Assembly: GCA_036675025.1 (NCBI GenBank) | Contig: JAKFFN010000054.1 | Span: 11,673 to 75,672 of the forward strand | Reading direction: 5' to 3' | Length of the DNA: 64,000 nt | Origin: Candidatus Sumerlaeales bacterium | GTDB lineage: Bacteria > Sumerlaeota > Sumerlaeia > Sumerlaeales > Sumerlaeaceae | Shown here: one piece after another, positions 10,129 to 18,582 of the stretch | How positions within the stretch are numbered: the first letter of the stretch is position 1 | Layout of the letters: every line of letters begins with the position of its first letter | Program-made: the position numbers and the translations under genes | Notes under the pieces: model-generated | What the model was told of the DNA's origin: nothing | Databases searched by the model: none | What the model saw: the letters and a program-made list of their open reading frames with translations, nothing else

Positions 10129-10419
10129 GATGAACTCCCCTTAGTTGATCTATTGCTAAATTGTCAGCCCCGACTCCAACAATCGCCATGCCATTTGAAC
10201 CACCTTATCCTCTTACGAAAATCAAGGGTTTCTATAGCGACCTGTCCCCTCACCACGCTTCCCATAAGTATAAACACGGTCAGCAGTCGTAAAAACGCGG
10301 GCTGGTAGTATTTCCAGTCCCCTACCATAGACCCCGCCTGGACAGGAAAACAAAGTGATGAATGCCGTTTATTGAAAGAAGTAATTGACAGTGCCAAACG
10401 GGAATGCAGGAGTAAGCAT

Positions 10420-10929
10420 ATGAAACCGAAACAAAGTTCCGCTAAATCAGACGTGAAGGAAATCAACATGGTACGCGAAGCAAGTACCACTTACGGAGCG
10501 CTTCCCGCCAACGTTGTTAGCAGCGTGGTGCGGCCCGGCGGCAGGAGACCATCGTATAACACAGCAAAACTGGTCGACATGCTCCAGCAAGGGCTTCCTG
10601 TTTCAGAACTGGAAGAGCTACAGGACAGCTTGGACATACCCATGGAACAATTGCTTACCGTACTAGGCATTTCCAAATCCACGCTGCATCGCCGCCGCAA
10701 AACGGCCCAGCGTCTTGATACCCCCGAATCTGACCGCGTACTTCGCTTCGCCAGGCTCCTGCGCAGAGCCGTAGAGGTCATGGAATCCCATGAAGCCGCC
10801 CGCCAGTGGCTCAAGACTCCCCAGATTGGGCTGGGCGGTTCCGTGCCGCTCGACTACGCACAAACCGAAGTTGGGGCCCGGGAAGTAGAAGACCTCCTCG
10901 GCCGCATTGAGTACTCGGTCTACTCGTAA
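10420..10929 (+). CDS. Xre-type antitoxin with a C-terminal DUF2384 toxin-binding domain (ParS/MbcA-like)
   Basis: GGAG lies 7 nt before the ATG at 10420. The C-terminus has the DUF2384 signature (RVLRFARLLRRAVEVMESHEAARQWLKTPQIGLGGSVPLDYAQTEVGAREVEDLLGRIEY). Its stop is immediately followed by the RES gene ATG. Confidence 0.75.
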   Translation: MKPKQSSAKSDVKEINMVREASTTYGALPANVVSSVVRPGGRRPSYNTAKLVDMLQQGLPVSELEELQDSLDIPMEQLLTVLGISKSTLHRRRKTAQRLDTPESDRVLRFARLLRRAVEVMESHEAARQWLKTPQIGLGGSVPLDYAQTEVGAREVEDLLGRIEYSVYS

Positions 10930-11388
10930 ATGCCAACAGCATGGAGAATTGTCCGCACAAAATACGCAGACTCAGCTTTCACCGGAGAAGGTGCCGCGAA
11001 GTTCGGCGGACGCTGGAATTCTCGCGGCACATGGGTCGTCTACACCAGCACCACTTTGTCGCTGGCAGCACTCGAGATTCTTGTTCATTTGAACCCGATG
11101 CCCGAACTCGCCTTTGTCGCATTCCCGCTTGATATTGACCAGGCATTCATTGAAACCCTCAACCCAAAACACCTGCCGAAAGACTGGAAGTCTGAACCGC
11201 CCGGGCAATCGACACAGCTAATCGGTAGCGAATGGGCCGGGCAAAACCGCACTGCCGTCCTCGAAGTACCCAGCGTTCTCGTCTCATCCGAAAGCACCTA
11301 TCTCCTTAATCCGGCTCATCCCGACTTCCGAAAAATCCGCATCGGAAAGCCCGAACCGTTCGCGTTTGATCCGCGGTTGCTGAAGTAG
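10930..11388 (+). CDS. RES-domain toxin (ParT/MbcT-like NAD-targeting toxin family)
   Basis: The three residues that name the RES domain are conserved, in GRWNSRG (R), LAALEILVH (E) and VPSVLVSSESTYLLNP (S). It is 152 aa and directly abuts the Xre/DUF2384 gene. Confidence 0.8.
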   Translation: MPTAWRIVRTKYADSAFTGEGAAKFGGRWNSRGTWVVYTSTTLSLAALEILVHLNPMPELAFVAFPLDIDQAFIETLNPKHLPKDWKSEPPGQSTQLIGSEWAGQNRTAVLEVPSVLVSSESTYLLNPAHPDFRKIRIGKPEPFAFDPRLLK

Positions 11389-11403
11389 CAGGCACTAATT
11401 TCG

Positions 11404-11763
11404 TTACTCCAGCGAAAACTCCGACAGCCCGACAGGCAGTGGAAACATATCTGCCGTTTGCAGGAAGCCACCGCTCAAGCTGTAAGTCCCCCCGGTTAAT
11501 ATGGCTCCGTCAGGGGTAGCGTCTGGTTGCCCCCCTGCCGTTGCCAGGGCATACGCGCCGCCAGCCGTCATAGGAGTTCCCCCGGCAGTGAACTTTGACC
11601 AGGAAAGGTCATAGGGTCCGCCAGTCTGCCCCGCGGCGCCGCTGGGGCAGAATATTAATAAACCCGCTACGCTCACCAGTGCTGCCGCGCCACCAGCTAG
11701 ACGCGGGAATCGACTCAACAAAGCAACCGGTTCTAAAGCTTTTACCCAATTAAAATCCGTCAT
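11404..11763 (-). CDS. Small Gly/Thr/Ala-rich putative exported protein of unknown function
   Basis: Its ATG at 11763 overlaps the stop of the upstream gene (ATGA), so the two are translationally coupled. It has a hydrophobic segment (AAALVSVAGLLIF) and no motif I recognise. Confidence 0.4.
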   Translation of the reverse strand: MTDFNWVKALEPVALLSRFPRLAGGAAALVSVAGLLIFCPSGAAGQTGGPYDLSWSKFTAGGTPMTAGGAYALATAGGQPDATPDGAILTGGTYSLSGGFLQTADMFPLPVGLSEFSLE

Positions 11764-12782
11764 TGCAGCACCGTCGCATGCATATTGCCAGCCGGAATAA
11801 TGAGCGGTGAGTTGCTAATGTTCTGGATCTGGTAGTGCACTTCGTCGGTCCCTGAACGAACATTTGATATAATCAACCCGAGCGGCAGGTCCACGTCAAG
11901 ATTCACGATGGATGCGGTATTCGGCTGAGCGCCGGGCGCAGGGATCGTAAGGTCCGCTGACGTCCATGGAGCCAGAGGCGTTGACACGACCGTAGCGCTT
12001 GTCACCACTCGCCGATAAGCAGTCACCTGCAGCGTCTGGTCTGGAAACTTTATGCCATCGGTGCCTGCCGTGCCGCCCAAATGTAGTTTCGCATCAGGGT
12101 TGTCCCTCCCGATACCCACCTTTCCACCGGCGGCAATATCAACGGAACTGGTCAACGCTCCCGGGCGAATCCGAAATGGAAGGCGACTGCCTCCCGTTAA
12201 ATCACGGACAAAGAAGTTGGCTTCGTTTCCCGCGATATCCCACGTCTGTGCGGTCCACCCGCCCAAGTTCGTTTGTTCTAGTCTAATAGCCGGCGTGTCG
12301 TTGGTCCGGATATGGAAATCAAGGCCCGCATTCGTTGTGCCGAGACCAATATTGCCGTTTGCCGCAGTCATCAACCCGTTACCGACAGATGCCGCATCAG
12401 TGGAATACAGCGCATAAGGTGCCGCTCCAATCTCCACCCGAGGCGATAATGTCGTGTACGTGCCCTCGCTGGGAGACTTTACCGAGATTTGCAACCAGCG
12501 TTTCTGACCCGCGAAGGCCTCGCTTCCAAAGTCAAGCGGCACACTGAAAAGCCCGCCAACAACGCTCGCTTCCATCTCTTGCGTGACTCCGATTTGCGTG
12601 ATTCCGTCAATCGAGCCAAACAGTCTGAACTGAAACGAGTAAAGCCCGGATGCACTTGCTCCTCCACTGTTCAACCTACCCTGGTAAGTGAAGGCGGTGC
12701 CCATAGCCGTCTGCGCAGCAACAGGAATGCATAAAGCCGATAGTACAGCTACTAATGCCCAGACGGCGATTATCCGAAACAT
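11760..12782 (-). CDS. Secreted tail-fibre-like / beta-rich repeat protein of unknown function
   Basis: I moved the start to ATG 12782, with AGGAGA 9 nt upstream, giving the signal peptide MFRIIAVWALVAVLSALCIPVAAQTAMG. The N-terminal motif is FTYQGRLNSGG...YSFQFRLF. Repeats of the form GNIGLGTT / GKVGIGRDNPDAKLHLGG recur in phage tail-fibre-like and cell-surface proteins. Confidence 0.5.
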   Translation of the reverse strand: MFRIIAVWALVAVLSALCIPVAAQTAMGTAFTYQGRLNSGGASASGLYSFQFRLFGSIDGITQIGVTQEMEASVVGGLFSVPLDFGSEAFAGQKRWLQISVKSPSEGTYTTLSPRVEIGAAPYALYSTDAASVGNGLMTAANGNIGLGTTNAGLDFHIRTNDTPAIRLEQTNLGGWTAQTWDIAGNEANFFVRDLTGGSRLPFRIRPGALTSSVDIAAGGKVGIGRDNPDAKLHLGGTAGTDGIKFPDQTLQVTAYRRVVTSATVVSTPLAPWTSADLTIPAPGAQPNTASIVNLDVDLPLGLIISNVRSGTDEVHYQIQNISNSPLIIPAGNMHATVLQ

Positions 12783-12916
12783 ATGATGAGTCTCCTGACA
12801 AATAGTTGGCACTTTGGCATGGAAGGATCTGCCGTCAAACTAATTGTGGTCCTTTTGGGCGATTGTGTGTCGATTAAATATGCACGACAGACAGCTTCTC
12901 CTGTCCTAATTAGGGG

Positions 12917-12941
12917 TCGCTAAGGGTCGCTAAGGGTCAAT
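12917..12941. repeat. Tandem direct repeat GGTCGCTAAG x2.5 inside an AT-richer ~600-bp divergent intergenic region
   Basis: The sequence reads GGGGTCGCTAAGGGTCGCTAAGGGTCAATG. The surrounding 12783-13428 region has visibly lower GC than the rest of the window. Confidence 0.5.
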
Positions 12942-13428
12942 GCGGGAATTCCCCTCTCCTTTCAGATGCTGCTAGAACCTTTCCACCACATTTAGAAAGG
13001 AATCGCCAGCATGAAAAGCAGTGGACGAGACCACGTGACGCAATCCGCTGGTTTCGGTTATGTGAAGTTTCGAAAGCAGAACGCTGATAGTTATGTACTT
13101 AATAGAACTAGTTTCAGTGTTGGCTGCATTGGGTTTACGAGATTTTGTATTAATTATTTTTTGGGGCTGTGGAAAACTTTTTCCGAAAATCCCACGGATC
13201 GAGTGCAGACAGGTGCGTTGACGGACTTCGAAATGTTTAAACTGTATGGTGCCGGTTTGGGTGCAACTGCTGCGGGCAGGAGTGCCCGCGCCACCCGGAA
13301 TGTTGGCGCCACACGGATGGGCCACGCCACCGGGGAATGTCCGCGTCGCCCGGAGGGGCCCGCGCCATCTGGAATGCTGCGGTGAATCAATCCCCACGGG
13401 CATTGCACATGAACCGGGTTTCCCTTTT

Positions 13429-14799
13429 ATGAAGATTGGTATAGTGACATTAGGTTGCGACAAGAACACTGTCGACAACGAGTATATGGCCGGCCTTTTG
13501 GCTGAGAATGGTGCGCAGGTGGTGCGGGCCCTGGCGGATGCGGATGAGAATCCGGATCCGGACCTGGACGCCGTGCTTATTAATACGTGCGGTTTTGTGG
13601 AGTCGGCCAAGCAGCAGAGCATCGAGTGCATCATCTCGTGGATCGATCACAAGCGCGAGCGCCTGGAGAGTGGCCAGGGCCGCTGCCGGGTGTTTGTGGC
13701 GGGCTGCCTTACGCAGCGCTACCGCGAGTCGCTGGTGCAGGAGCTGCCCGAGGTGGACGGTTTCATGGGCGTGGGCGAGTTTGACAAGGTTATTCGCCTG
13801 GTGCAGTCGCCGGCTGATGCGACGTCGCCGTATAACATGATCCAGGAGATGCCGGTCGTGAACGTGCGCGACGGCGGTCTGCCGCGCAAGCAGCTGGGTC
13901 CGCAGGCGCCTCATGCCTTCCTGAAGATTGCTGACGGCTGCAATCACAACTGCTCGTTCTGCGCTATCCCGAGCTTCAAGGGCCGGCTGCGCAGCGTGAA
14001 GAAAGAGATTCTGCTGGCCGAGGCGAAGCTGCTCCTCAGCCGCGGGGTGAAAGAGATCAACCTGGTTGCGCAGGACACGAGCGACTACGGCAAAGATATC
14101 TACGGTCGCGAGTATGGCATTTCGGAACTGCTGAGCGAACTGACGGCGCTGCCGGGCGATTTCTGGATCCGGCTGTTCTACTTCTACCCGGGCGGCCTTA
14201 ACGCAAAATTTATGGATGCCTTCCAAAGCAGCCCGAAAGTGGCGCGCTACATTGACATGCCGCTGCAGCACCTGCACCCGGACGTGCTCCACCGGATGAA
14301 GCGGCCGCACCGCGAAGTGAAGACGCTGGAAGCGCTTGAGAACCTCCGTGCGACGATCCCGGGTCTGGCGTTACGCACGACCTTTATCACCGGCTTCCCC
14401 GGCGAGACCGAAGAACAGTTTGAGTACATGCTGGCCGGTGCGCAGCGCCTGCGCTTCAACCGCCTGGGCGCGTTCCCCTTCTCGGAAGAAGAAGGCACGC
14501 CCAGCGCCACGTTTGAAGACCAGCTGCCCCGCGGGGTTCGCCAGGCACGATATGACCGCCTGATGCAGGCCCAGCAACCCATCAGCCTGGAACTGAACCA
14601 GCAGATGATCGGCAAAGAGATCAAGGTGCTCATCGAAGAGCAGATCGAGGAAGACCAGTGGGTGGGACGCAGTGAGTTTGACGCTCCCGATGTAGACGGC
14701 GCCGTGGCGGTGCATTCGACCGGGAGCCTCACGCCGGGCCAGTTTGCAACGGTGAAGGTTGTGGGAGCCGATTACTACGATCTGATTGCGGAGGCGTAA
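13429..14799 (+). CDS. rimO: Ribosomal protein S12 methylthiotransferase RimO (radical-SAM MTTase)
   Basis: The ATG at 13429 gives MKIGIVTLGCDKN..., the UPF0004 N-domain. The CxxxCxxC radical-SAM cluster motif is present (DGCNHNCSFCAIP), followed by a C-terminal TRAM domain. 456 aa. Confidence 0.85.
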   Translation: MKIGIVTLGCDKNTVDNEYMAGLLAENGAQVVRALADADENPDPDLDAVLINTCGFVESAKQQSIECIISWIDHKRERLESGQGRCRVFVAGCLTQRYRESLVQELPEVDGFMGVGEFDKVIRLVQSPADATSPYNMIQEMPVVNVRDGGLPRKQLGPQAPHAFLKIADGCNHNCSFCAIPSFKGRLRSVKKEILLAEAKLLLSRGVKEINLVAQDTSDYGKDIYGREYGISELLSELTALPGDFWIRLFYFYPGGLNAKFMDAFQSSPKVARYIDMPLQHLHPDVLHRMKRPHREVKTLEALENLRATIPGLALRTTFITGFPGETEEQFEYMLAGAQRLRFNRLGAFPFSEEEGTPSATFEDQLPRGVRQARYDRLMQAQQPISLELNQQMIGKEIKVLIEEQIEEDQWVGRSEFDAPDVDGAVAVHSTGSLTPGQFATVKVVGADYYDLIAEA

Positions 14800-14802
14800 T
14801 CC

Positions 14803-15171
14803 ATGACTCATCGTGCAGTCTTTATATCGGGCGCTATCATCATGGCCCTGGCTGTGGCCCTTGGAGCTTTTGGCGCCCATGGCCTTCAGAAGATGACCGA
14901 CGCCCGCGGTCTGGCCAACTGGGAAACCGCCGCGCGCTACCAGGCGCTTCACGGCCTTGGGCTGTTGATCCTGGCGCTGGCTTACAACCGCTATTCCACC
15001 GGGGCTTTCACCTGGACAGCGCTATGCTTCATCCTCGGCACGATCATCTTCTCCGGCAGCCTTTACGTGCTGGTACTTACGGGCCAGAAGTGGCTCGGTG
15101 CCATCACCCCCATCGGCGGAACGCTTTTTATTGTCGGGTGGGCACTGATGGCTTTCCTGCACAAAAAATAA
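14803..15171 (+). CDS. DUF423 (YgdD-family) small integral membrane protein
   Basis: It is 122 aa with four hydrophobic helices and the AHGL motif (GAFGAHGLQ). Confidence 0.7.
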   Translation: MTHRAVFISGAIIMALAVALGAFGAHGLQKMTDARGLANWETAARYQALHGLGLLILALAYNRYSTGAFTWTALCFILGTIIFSGSLYVLVLTGQKWLGAITPIGGTLFIVGWALMAFLHKK

Positions 15172-15300
15172 GCGGTCCCTGACACGCTTCAGGATTTTAG
15201 TTGCGATTGCCATAACCGTATAACAATCCTGTCGCATCAGGAATCGGATGAAGTACGCAAAGGCACAGGAAGCCGGGCCAAGGGAAGGATTCGCAAGATA

Positions 15301-17298
15301 ATGGCGGGCATGGTGGCGCGCGATGCCGCAGTACAACCGGGGGCAGTGGCCAACGCCGACTTGGAGGCAGCGGCGGTAGAGAAAATGCCGCGCGGCAGCA
15401 TGTGTGTAGTGTTTACCTGCGGCGACCACCCGGCCCGAACTAATTACCTGGGGACACTGACCAGCGAGCAGTTGACTTTGAGCCCGGACGCAAAGCTGAG
15501 TGCGCTGGTAGACTCGCAACCAACAGACGCGATTATCGACACGCAGCCGATTCCCGAGGTGCTAAAGCGGCTGCGCTCTGCCCAGAGCGATAGCCTGCCA
15601 GTCTTTGATCCGCGCGGCGGATTCGTGGGTATCATCAGTCAGTCGAGCATCCTGGAAGCGCTTCTGCGACGCGAACGCCAGTTGCTCAAGAAGACGCGGG
15701 AATTTCGCCAGACATCTCAGGATGATAAAGAACGCCGCTACGAAACAACGCGGCGGCTGGAACAGACAAACCTTGCCTTTCGCAAGCTGCTGACGGCCCT
15801 GGCGAGGCCGGAGAGCCTGGAGACTTATCGGCAGGCGTTGGAGGCGCTGGCCGTGGTGGCAAATGCGGGCTGGGCGCAGCTGGCGTTGTGCGATGAATCG
15901 GGCGCTGTAATCCAACGTGTGCTTGCTTCTCATCCTTCGGCGGAAAGCTTCCCGCCAAACTACCTGGCCGAGCAGCAAATGCAGCAGGTTATCACTGGCA
16001 ATGCCCTCATGAATCGCCCGGGAACAGCGCCCGCGGGGGATGGTGATGGCAGTGGAGGTTCGCAGCGAAAGCCTCAGCCGGCATTCCTGGGTCTGCCGCT
16101 GTCGCTGGATGACCGGCGGTTTGGCTGCGTCTACCTTTGGGTCAAGCTGGACGCGCGGGCGTTTGTGGATGATGACGAAGTGCTGCTCTCGAGCCTGGGC
16201 CATTCCATCTCCCTCACAATTGCCCAGGCAATTGATCACAAGCGGCGCAAACGGCTGGAGAAAGAACTGGACCTGTTGGCGCGTACGGCCCGCGAAGCCG
16301 GTGGAGCGGATAATGTGGAGTCTGTGGCGCGGATAGTGATGAACCGCACGGAGGACTACTGGGACTGGGATGCGTTTGCAGTCTGCATCAGCCGGTGCCA
16401 TGGCCGCAAGTTCCAGGCAGTGCTGGAGCTGGACCGCGCTGCAGTGGGCACGCCGCCGGGCGGAGAGACGTGGTCGGAAGTGTATGACAATAACGAGCCG
16501 GCGAAGGCCGACGGCGAAAACACCAGCACCAGCCCACAGGTTAACCGCCGGATCATGAGCGGCGAGCCTATACTGATCAATCGGCAGGACCTGGATAAAG
16601 TAGTGATGATGCAGCCGTTTGGGGATTCTGATCGGCCTTCGGCAAGCCTGATGTATGTGCCCATTCATGGCCGCAATCGGGTGGTGGGGCTTATCACCGT
16701 GCAGTCGTACCAGCGCAACCGTTTTAAGTCCAGGGATCTCGCGCTGCTGCAGCGGCTGGCTGATTCCGTGGCGCCGGCGTTCTGCCGCTGCCTGGCGGAG
16801 CGAACTACGCAGGCGTTTTATGACTTGTCCAGTAAGCTGAGCGTGGCATCGACTCCAAAAGAAGCGGCGAGTATTATTATGAATGTGGCGGATGAGCTGA
16901 TCGGTTGGGATTCGTGCGCCATGTATTTCTATTATCCCGAAAGCGATACCAACAGCCGTATCCTGCTGATGGACGTGATTGAGGGCCGGCGGGTGGATCT
17001 GACTAATGACGGAAGCATCAGTAAGCCTGGCGGGATCTCGCGCAGGGCACTTACGGAAGGACCGATCCTCTACCTGCGGCCGGAGGCGCGATTTGATACG
17101 GCGCAATGTGAACCCTTTGGTGACGTGGTGCGGCCTTCAGCCAGCCTGATGTACGTGCCTCTGAAATACAAAGACCGGGTACTGGGCGTTATGTCGGTAC
17201 AGAGCTACTCGATCAACGCGTATGATGAAGATGACCTGGCGCTGCTGATGGCCCTGGGTGACCAGTGCAGCGGCGCCATCGACCGGATAAAGGACTAG
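15301..17298 (+). CDS. CBS-domain plus multi-GAF-domain sensory protein with no recognisable output domain
   Basis: A CBS-like region is present (LPVFDPRGGFVGIISQSSILEAL). It is followed by three GAF-like segments. The last two share an internally duplicated signature: GDSDRPSASLMYVPIHGRNRVVGLITVQSY and GDVVRPSASLMYVPLKYKDRVLGVMSVQSY. The start is uncertain; alternatives are M at 15388 or 15403. Confidence 0.7.
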   Translation: MAGMVARDAAVQPGAVANADLEAAAVEKMPRGSMCVVFTCGDHPARTNYLGTLTSEQLTLSPDAKLSALVDSQPTDAIIDTQPIPEVLKRLRSAQSDSLPVFDPRGGFVGIISQSSILEALLRRERQLLKKTREFRQTSQDDKERRYETTRRLEQTNLAFRKLLTALARPESLETYRQALEALAVVANAGWAQLALCDESGAVIQRVLASHPSAESFPPNYLAEQQMQQVITGNALMNRPGTAPAGDGDGSGGSQRKPQPAFLGLPLSLDDRRFGCVYLWVKLDARAFVDDDEVLLSSLGHSISLTIAQAIDHKRRKRLEKELDLLARTAREAGGADNVESVARIVMNRTEDYWDWDAFAVCISRCHGRKFQAVLELDRAAVGTPPGGETWSEVYDNNEPAKADGENTSTSPQVNRRIMSGEPILINRQDLDKVVMMQPFGDSDRPSASLMYVPIHGRNRVVGLITVQSYQRNRFKSRDLALLQRLADSVAPAFCRCLAERTTQAFYDLSSKLSVASTPKEAASIIMNVADELIGWDSCAMYFYYPESDTNSRILLMDVIEGRRVDLTNDGSISKPGGISRRALTEGPILYLRPEARFDTAQCEPFGDVVRPSASLMYVPLKYKDRVLGVMSVQSYSINAYDEDDLALLMALGDQCSGAIDRIKD

Positions 17299-17370
17299 CT
17301 GCTGCCAGCGGTTTCTAATTGCTGGCGCACAGGCATAAGATAGCCGCGGGTGGTGTCTCTATAAAGACTT

Positions 17371-18582
17371 ATGAGTGATGTTTTGCGATCCGCAGGTCTC
17401 GACTGCGGCAAGGGTGCACGGGAACAGCTTAAGGCGGATAAACAACGGAGGCAGCGCAGGGAGCCGACACTTCTGCTGGGCATCGGGACTGCAGTGCCGC
17501 AGCACCATGCCAGCCAGCAGCAGGCGTGTGAGTTTATGCAGCGGGTTCTGCAGGCTTCTGGCATTGCTGGCCCCCGCGAAGCTGCGCTGCTGAGCCGACT
17601 GTATAAGAACAGCGGCATCCAGAAGCGCCATAGTGTCATTGAAGATTATGTACGCGAAGATCTGCAGTCGTATACATTCTTTCCACAGAATGAAGCGCTG
17701 GATCCGTTTCCCTCAACTGCCGCACGGATGGCCAAGTATGAAGAGTATGCTGTCGACCTTGCGGCCCGGGCGGCGCAGCAGGCTATGGATGCAGCAGGTA
17801 TAGATCCGGCTGATTTCACGCATATCGTCATCAGCACCTGTACGGGATTCTTTGCCCCTGGTCCGGATGTGCTTCTACTGCGCAGGCTTGGACTGCCAGG
17901 TACAACCGCGCGTACCGTGATTGGTTTTATGGGCTGCTATGCCGGGCTGACCGGCCTGCGCACATGCAATGATATCATCAAGGCCGACCCGACATCAGTG
18001 GTGCTTCAAATAGCTGTTGAGTTGTGTTCGCTCCACTACCAGAAGAGTGCGCATCCGGATGCCATGGTGGCGAATGCCATATTTGCAGACGGAGCTGCCG
18101 CGGCAGTGTGGGCCGGCGGGGGCGCAGAAGTGGACGGTGAGAGCGGCGCGCTTGCCCGAGTTCTTGCTACCCACTCAGACATTAGCGCTGATACCATCGA
18201 ACACATGAGCTGGCGCATTGGCGACCATGGTTTCATCATGACCCTTGATGCCGGTGTGCCTGATGTGCTGCGGACGGCGGCGCCTCCTTTTGTAAATGCG
18301 CTGGCGACGGCGAGCAGATTAGAAGTAGGCGATATAGCGGGCTGGGCGGTGCATCCGGGCGGACGCAAAATTGTAGAGAGCATCCAGGCGGCGCTGAGCC
18401 TGTCTGATGACGACGTAGCGGCTTCCACAAGGATTCTTCGCGACTACGGAAACATGTCGAGCGCTACGATCCTGTTTGTACTCCAGGAGGAACTGGCCCG
18501 GCGGGAGGCAGGCGAGCCTATTGCAGCCATGGGGTTTGGTCCAGGACTCACAATGGAAGGTGCCCTGCTGGTTAAGGAATGA
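17371..18582 (+). CDS. Type III polyketide synthase (chalcone/stilbene synthase superfamily; alkylresorcinol/alkylpyrone synthase-like)
   Basis: The catalytic Cys context CTGFFAPGPD is present, and the C-terminal block GWAVHPGGRKIVE...FGPGLTMEGALL is typical of CHS-like KAS III folds. 403 aa. Confidence 0.85.
   Translation: MSDVLRSAGLDCGKGAREQLKADKQRRQRREPTLLLGIGTAVPQHHASQQQACEFMQRVLQASGIAGPREAALLSRLYKNSGIQKRHSVIEDYVREDLQSYTFFPQNEALDPFPSTAARMAKYEEYAVDLAARAAQQAMDAAGIDPADFTHIVISTCTGFFAPGPDVLLLRRLGLPGTTARTVIGFMGCYAGLTGLRTCNDIIKADPTSVVLQIAVELCSLHYQKSAHPDAMVANAIFADGAAAAVWAGGGAEVDGESGALARVLATHSDISADTIEHMSWRIGDHGFIMTLDAGVPDVLRTAAPPFVNALATASRLEVGDIAGWAVHPGGRKIVESIQAALSLSDDDVAASTRILRDYGNMSSATILFVLQEELARREAGEPIAAMGFGPGLTMEGALLVKE

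Noticed and set aside
12803-12822. A TGGCAC...GCATG element resembling a sigma-54 -24/-12 promoter
   Set aside because: The GG-to-GC spacing is 3 nt too short for the TGGCAC-N5-TTGC consensus.
12972-13634. ORFs 12972-13634 (minus strand) and 13011-13385 (plus strand) in the low-GC spacer. The plus-strand one has a GAAAGGA sequence 8 nt before its ATG.
   Set aside because: The translations have no recognisable domains. They overlap each other and the rimO leader. Composition shifts in mid-ORF. I kept them only as a possible degraded gene remnant within the island finding.
15562-17106. A 514-aa ORF antisense to the CBS-GAF gene. Similar long antisense ORFs occur at 4276-5199, 23558-24910, 32574-33404, 36369-37373, 43174-43866 and 56970-58001.
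   Set aside because: They are fully embedded in the opposite strand of well-supported genes. They have Arg/Ala/Pro-rich low-complexity translations typical of high-GC antisense frames. They have no RBS and no recognisable domains.
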